64,000 nt of DNA. Source: an uncultured Butyricimonas sp. GTDB lineage: Bacteria > Bacteroidota > Bacteroidia > Bacteroidales > Marinifilaceae. Positions 62,079 to 64,000 of the stretch are shown in pieces. The first letter of the stretch is position 1. The number at the start of each line of letters is the position of its first letter. The position numbers were made by a program, and so were the translations under genes. Below the pieces are notes generated by a model. That model saw only the letters and a program-made list of their open reading frames with translations, was not told the origin of the DNA and ran no database searches. The stretch covers positions 40,888 through 104,887 of the forward strand of contig CALUMT010000020.1 in NCBI GenBank assembly GCA_944321845.1. Direction: 5' to 3'.

Positions 62079-63134
62079 ATGAAAAATTTATTTATTATCT
62101 TATTGGCCGTAATCATTGCATCATGCGGAAACGCCAAAAAAAGCAAAGAAGGAAAACAGGCGGAAATAAACATTACAGCCGCGGGAGCAACTTTCCCCCT
62201 GCCATTCTATAATTTGGCATTCAAGACCTACCAGCAGAAAACCGGAGCTACCATCACCTATGGGGGAATCGGCAGTGGAGGTGGTATCCGTAGCCTCAAA
62301 GACAAAATCGTGGATTTCGGAGGTTCCGATGCCTTCCTGTCTGACAAAGAAATGCAAGAAATGCCAGCCCAAGTCATACATATCCCGACATGTATGGGTG
62401 CCGTAGTTATGGCTTATAACCTCCCTGACATCAAAGATCTGAAACTCTCAGGTGAAATCGTGGCAGATATTTATCTTGGTAAGATCACCCGCTGGAATGA
62501 CAAACGCATTCAGGATCTGAACCAGGGCATCACGCTGCCGGATCAAGCCATCAACCCGGTATATCGTTCCGATGGCAGTGGAACAACTTATGTATTCAGC
62601 GACTATCTGACGAAAATCAGCAAAGAATGGGAAACGAATATCGGAACCGGGAAATCGTTGAAATGGCCGACAGGATTGGCAGCCAAAGGAAATCCTGGAG
62701 TAGCCGGAACCATAAACCAAACCCCGGGAGCTATCGGTTACGTGGGCTCTGAATATGCCTTCGCCTTAAATATGCCCATGGCTCAAATGCAAAACAGTGC
62801 CGGTAACTTCATAACCCCGACTACCGAAAGTATTTCAGCCGCGGCCAATGGAGAAATGCCGGCAGACACCCGCACCATGATCACGAATCCTTCCGCCCCG
62901 GAAGCATATCCCATCAGTTGTTTCACCTGGATCATTCTTTACCAGGAACAGGCATACGCGGACCGCACGCTTGAACAGGCCAAAGGGACAATCGAATTAC
63001 TGAAATGGATGTTGAGCCCGGAAGCACAAGCCTTAACCGTTAAGGTTCACTATTCACCTCTTCCACAAGCGGCTGTCGCCAATGCCCAACAACTAATCAA
63101 ATCCGTAACCTATAACGGACAAGCTATTCAATAA
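62079..63134 (+). CDS. pstS: Phosphate ABC transporter substrate-binding lipoprotein PstS
   Basis: 351 aa with a lipobox (AVIIASCGN) and PstS patterns (GATFPLPFY, GIGSGGGI, RSDGSGTT). Confidence 0.9.
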   Translation: MKNLFIILLAVIIASCGNAKKSKEGKQAEINITAAGATFPLPFYNLAFKTYQQKTGATITYGGIGSGGGIRSLKDKIVDFGGSDAFLSDKEMQEMPAQVIHIPTCMGAVVMAYNLPDIKDLKLSGEIVADIYLGKITRWNDKRIQDLNQGITLPDQAINPVYRSDGSGTTYVFSDYLTKISKEWETNIGTGKSLKWPTGLAAKGNPGVAGTINQTPGAIGYVGSEYAFALNMPMAQMQNSAGNFITPTTESISAAANGEMPADTRTMITNPSAPEAYPISCFTWIILYQEQAYADRTLEQAKGTIELLKWMLSPEAQALTVKVHYSPLPQAAVANAQQLIKSVTYNGQAIQ

Positions 63135-63151
63135 TCACAAAATATCCGGTT

Positions 63152-64000
63152 ATGCGAGACAAGATATTCAAACGCATCCTTGTTGGCTGTTGCATACTTA
63201 TCTTACTGGTATGTGCCGGAATGGTTTACTCTCTAATCAGTGGATCCCTGTCCGCCTTCCAGCACTATGGATTCTTTAATTTCATCTGCTCATCGGAATG
63301 GGATCCACACCCGGACAGGGAAGTATACGGAGCATTGTCCTTCATCGTGGGGACATTGCTCACCTCTTTCCTGGCCCTGCTGTTTTGCATTCCATTCTCC
63401 TTACCGGTCGCTCTTTTCACGGGAGCCTATTTCCGGGGAAAGAAGATAGCGACATTCATCAGTTCAATCATTGACCTGCTAGCAGGAATACCTTCCATCG
63501 TGTACGGTTTATGGGGATTCTACACCTTCCGGCCGCTCATCATCGAACTCGGCTTAAATTCACAAGGATTCGGGATATTAACATCCTCCATCATCTTGGC
63601 CATCATGATTATTCCTTACGCCTCCTCTCTTAGCGGAGAATTCATTTCCATGGTGCCCAACGAACTAAAGGAAGCCGCCTACAGCCTTGGAGGGACCCGC
63701 CTGGATGTCATCCGGACAGTCACTCTTCCCAATGCCGGATCGGGTATTTTCGCGAGTTATATTCTGGCCCTGGGACGAGCTCTTGGAGAAACAATGGCCG
63801 TAACCATGCTTATCGGGAACACGAACAATCTCCCGACTTCCCTCAGCGACACGGGTAACACCATGGCAAGTATCATCGCCAACCAATTCGGGGAAGCCGA
63901 CGGTCTGAAATTAAGCTCACTCATCGCCATTGGCTTACTGCTATTCGGGATAACGGCTATCATCAACCTTATCGCAAAATTCATTATAAAGAAATTTAAC
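63152..64000 (+). CDS. pstC: Phosphate ABC transporter permease PstC (3' end beyond the window)
   Basis: My translation from the ATG at 63152 is MRDKIFKRILVGCCILILLVCAGMVYSLISGSLSAFQHYGFFNFICSSEWDP...IDLLAGIPSIVYGLWGF.... It stays open to the window end. It is missing from the track because no stop is reached. Confidence 0.85.
   Translation, partial: MRDKIFKRILVGCCILILLVCAGMVYSLISGSLSAFQHYGFFNFICSSEWDPHPDREVYGALSFIVGTLLTSFLALLFCIPFSLPVALFTGAYFRGKKIATFISSIIDLLAGIPSIVYGLWGFYTFRPLIIELGLNSQGFGILTSSIILAIMIIPYASSLSGEFISMVPNELKEAAYSLGGTRLDVIRTVTLPNAGSGIFASYILALGRALGETMAVTMLIGNTNNLPTSLSDTGNTMASIIANQFGEADGLKLSSLIAIGLLLFGITAIINLIAKFIIKKFN

Overview
The window looks like chromosomal DNA from a Bacteroidota, probably Bacteroidales. 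Supporting signs are SusC/SusD genes, a murF-alr fusion, TAnnTTTG -7 promoter boxes, no Shine-Dalgarno use, and DUF3467 after rpoC. About two thirds is core housekeeping. This includes the minus-strand cluster rpsU / xerC-like / hpf / tuf / tRNA-Trp / secE / nusG / rplKAJL / rpoB / rpoC. It also includes korAB, nadE, cls, prmC, recX, zapA-rny, rplS, a phosphoglucomutase, rsmD and the start of a pst phosphate-uptake operon. The one clearly accessory segment is roughly 10.9-22.8 kb: ECF sigma, FecR anti-sigma, STN-domain SusC, SusD, an orphan lipoprotein and a secreted zinc metalloprotease. I found no CRISPR array, reverse transcriptase, transposase, toxin-antitoxin pair or obvious defence island, so I cannot point to a discrete novel multi-gene system. 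The best leads are six. (1) A strong synonymous-site composition mosaic in the SusC/SusD locus, with a break inside susC and a GC-rich core inside the protease gene. (2) A plus-strand terminator and -7 box between anti-sigma and susC, which fits a DonS-type cis-antisense sRNA. (3) Several independent tandem arrays with 11-bp periodicity in the unusually long spacers flanking the ECF sigma gene, and a perfect 3x11 array upstream of the zapA operon. (4) A roughly 183-nt RNA candidate between zapA and rny with a 12-bp closing stem and U-tail, possibly 6S-like. (5) Pho-box-like TGTAACA-N4-TGTAACA repeats upstream of both a porin gene and pstS. (6) A 56-aa 2x[4Fe-4S] ferredoxin gene that falls below the ORF-track cutoff. 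All GC and GC3 figures are hand counts on sampled 60-nt blocks. All family names are motif-based recollections and have not been checked against any database.
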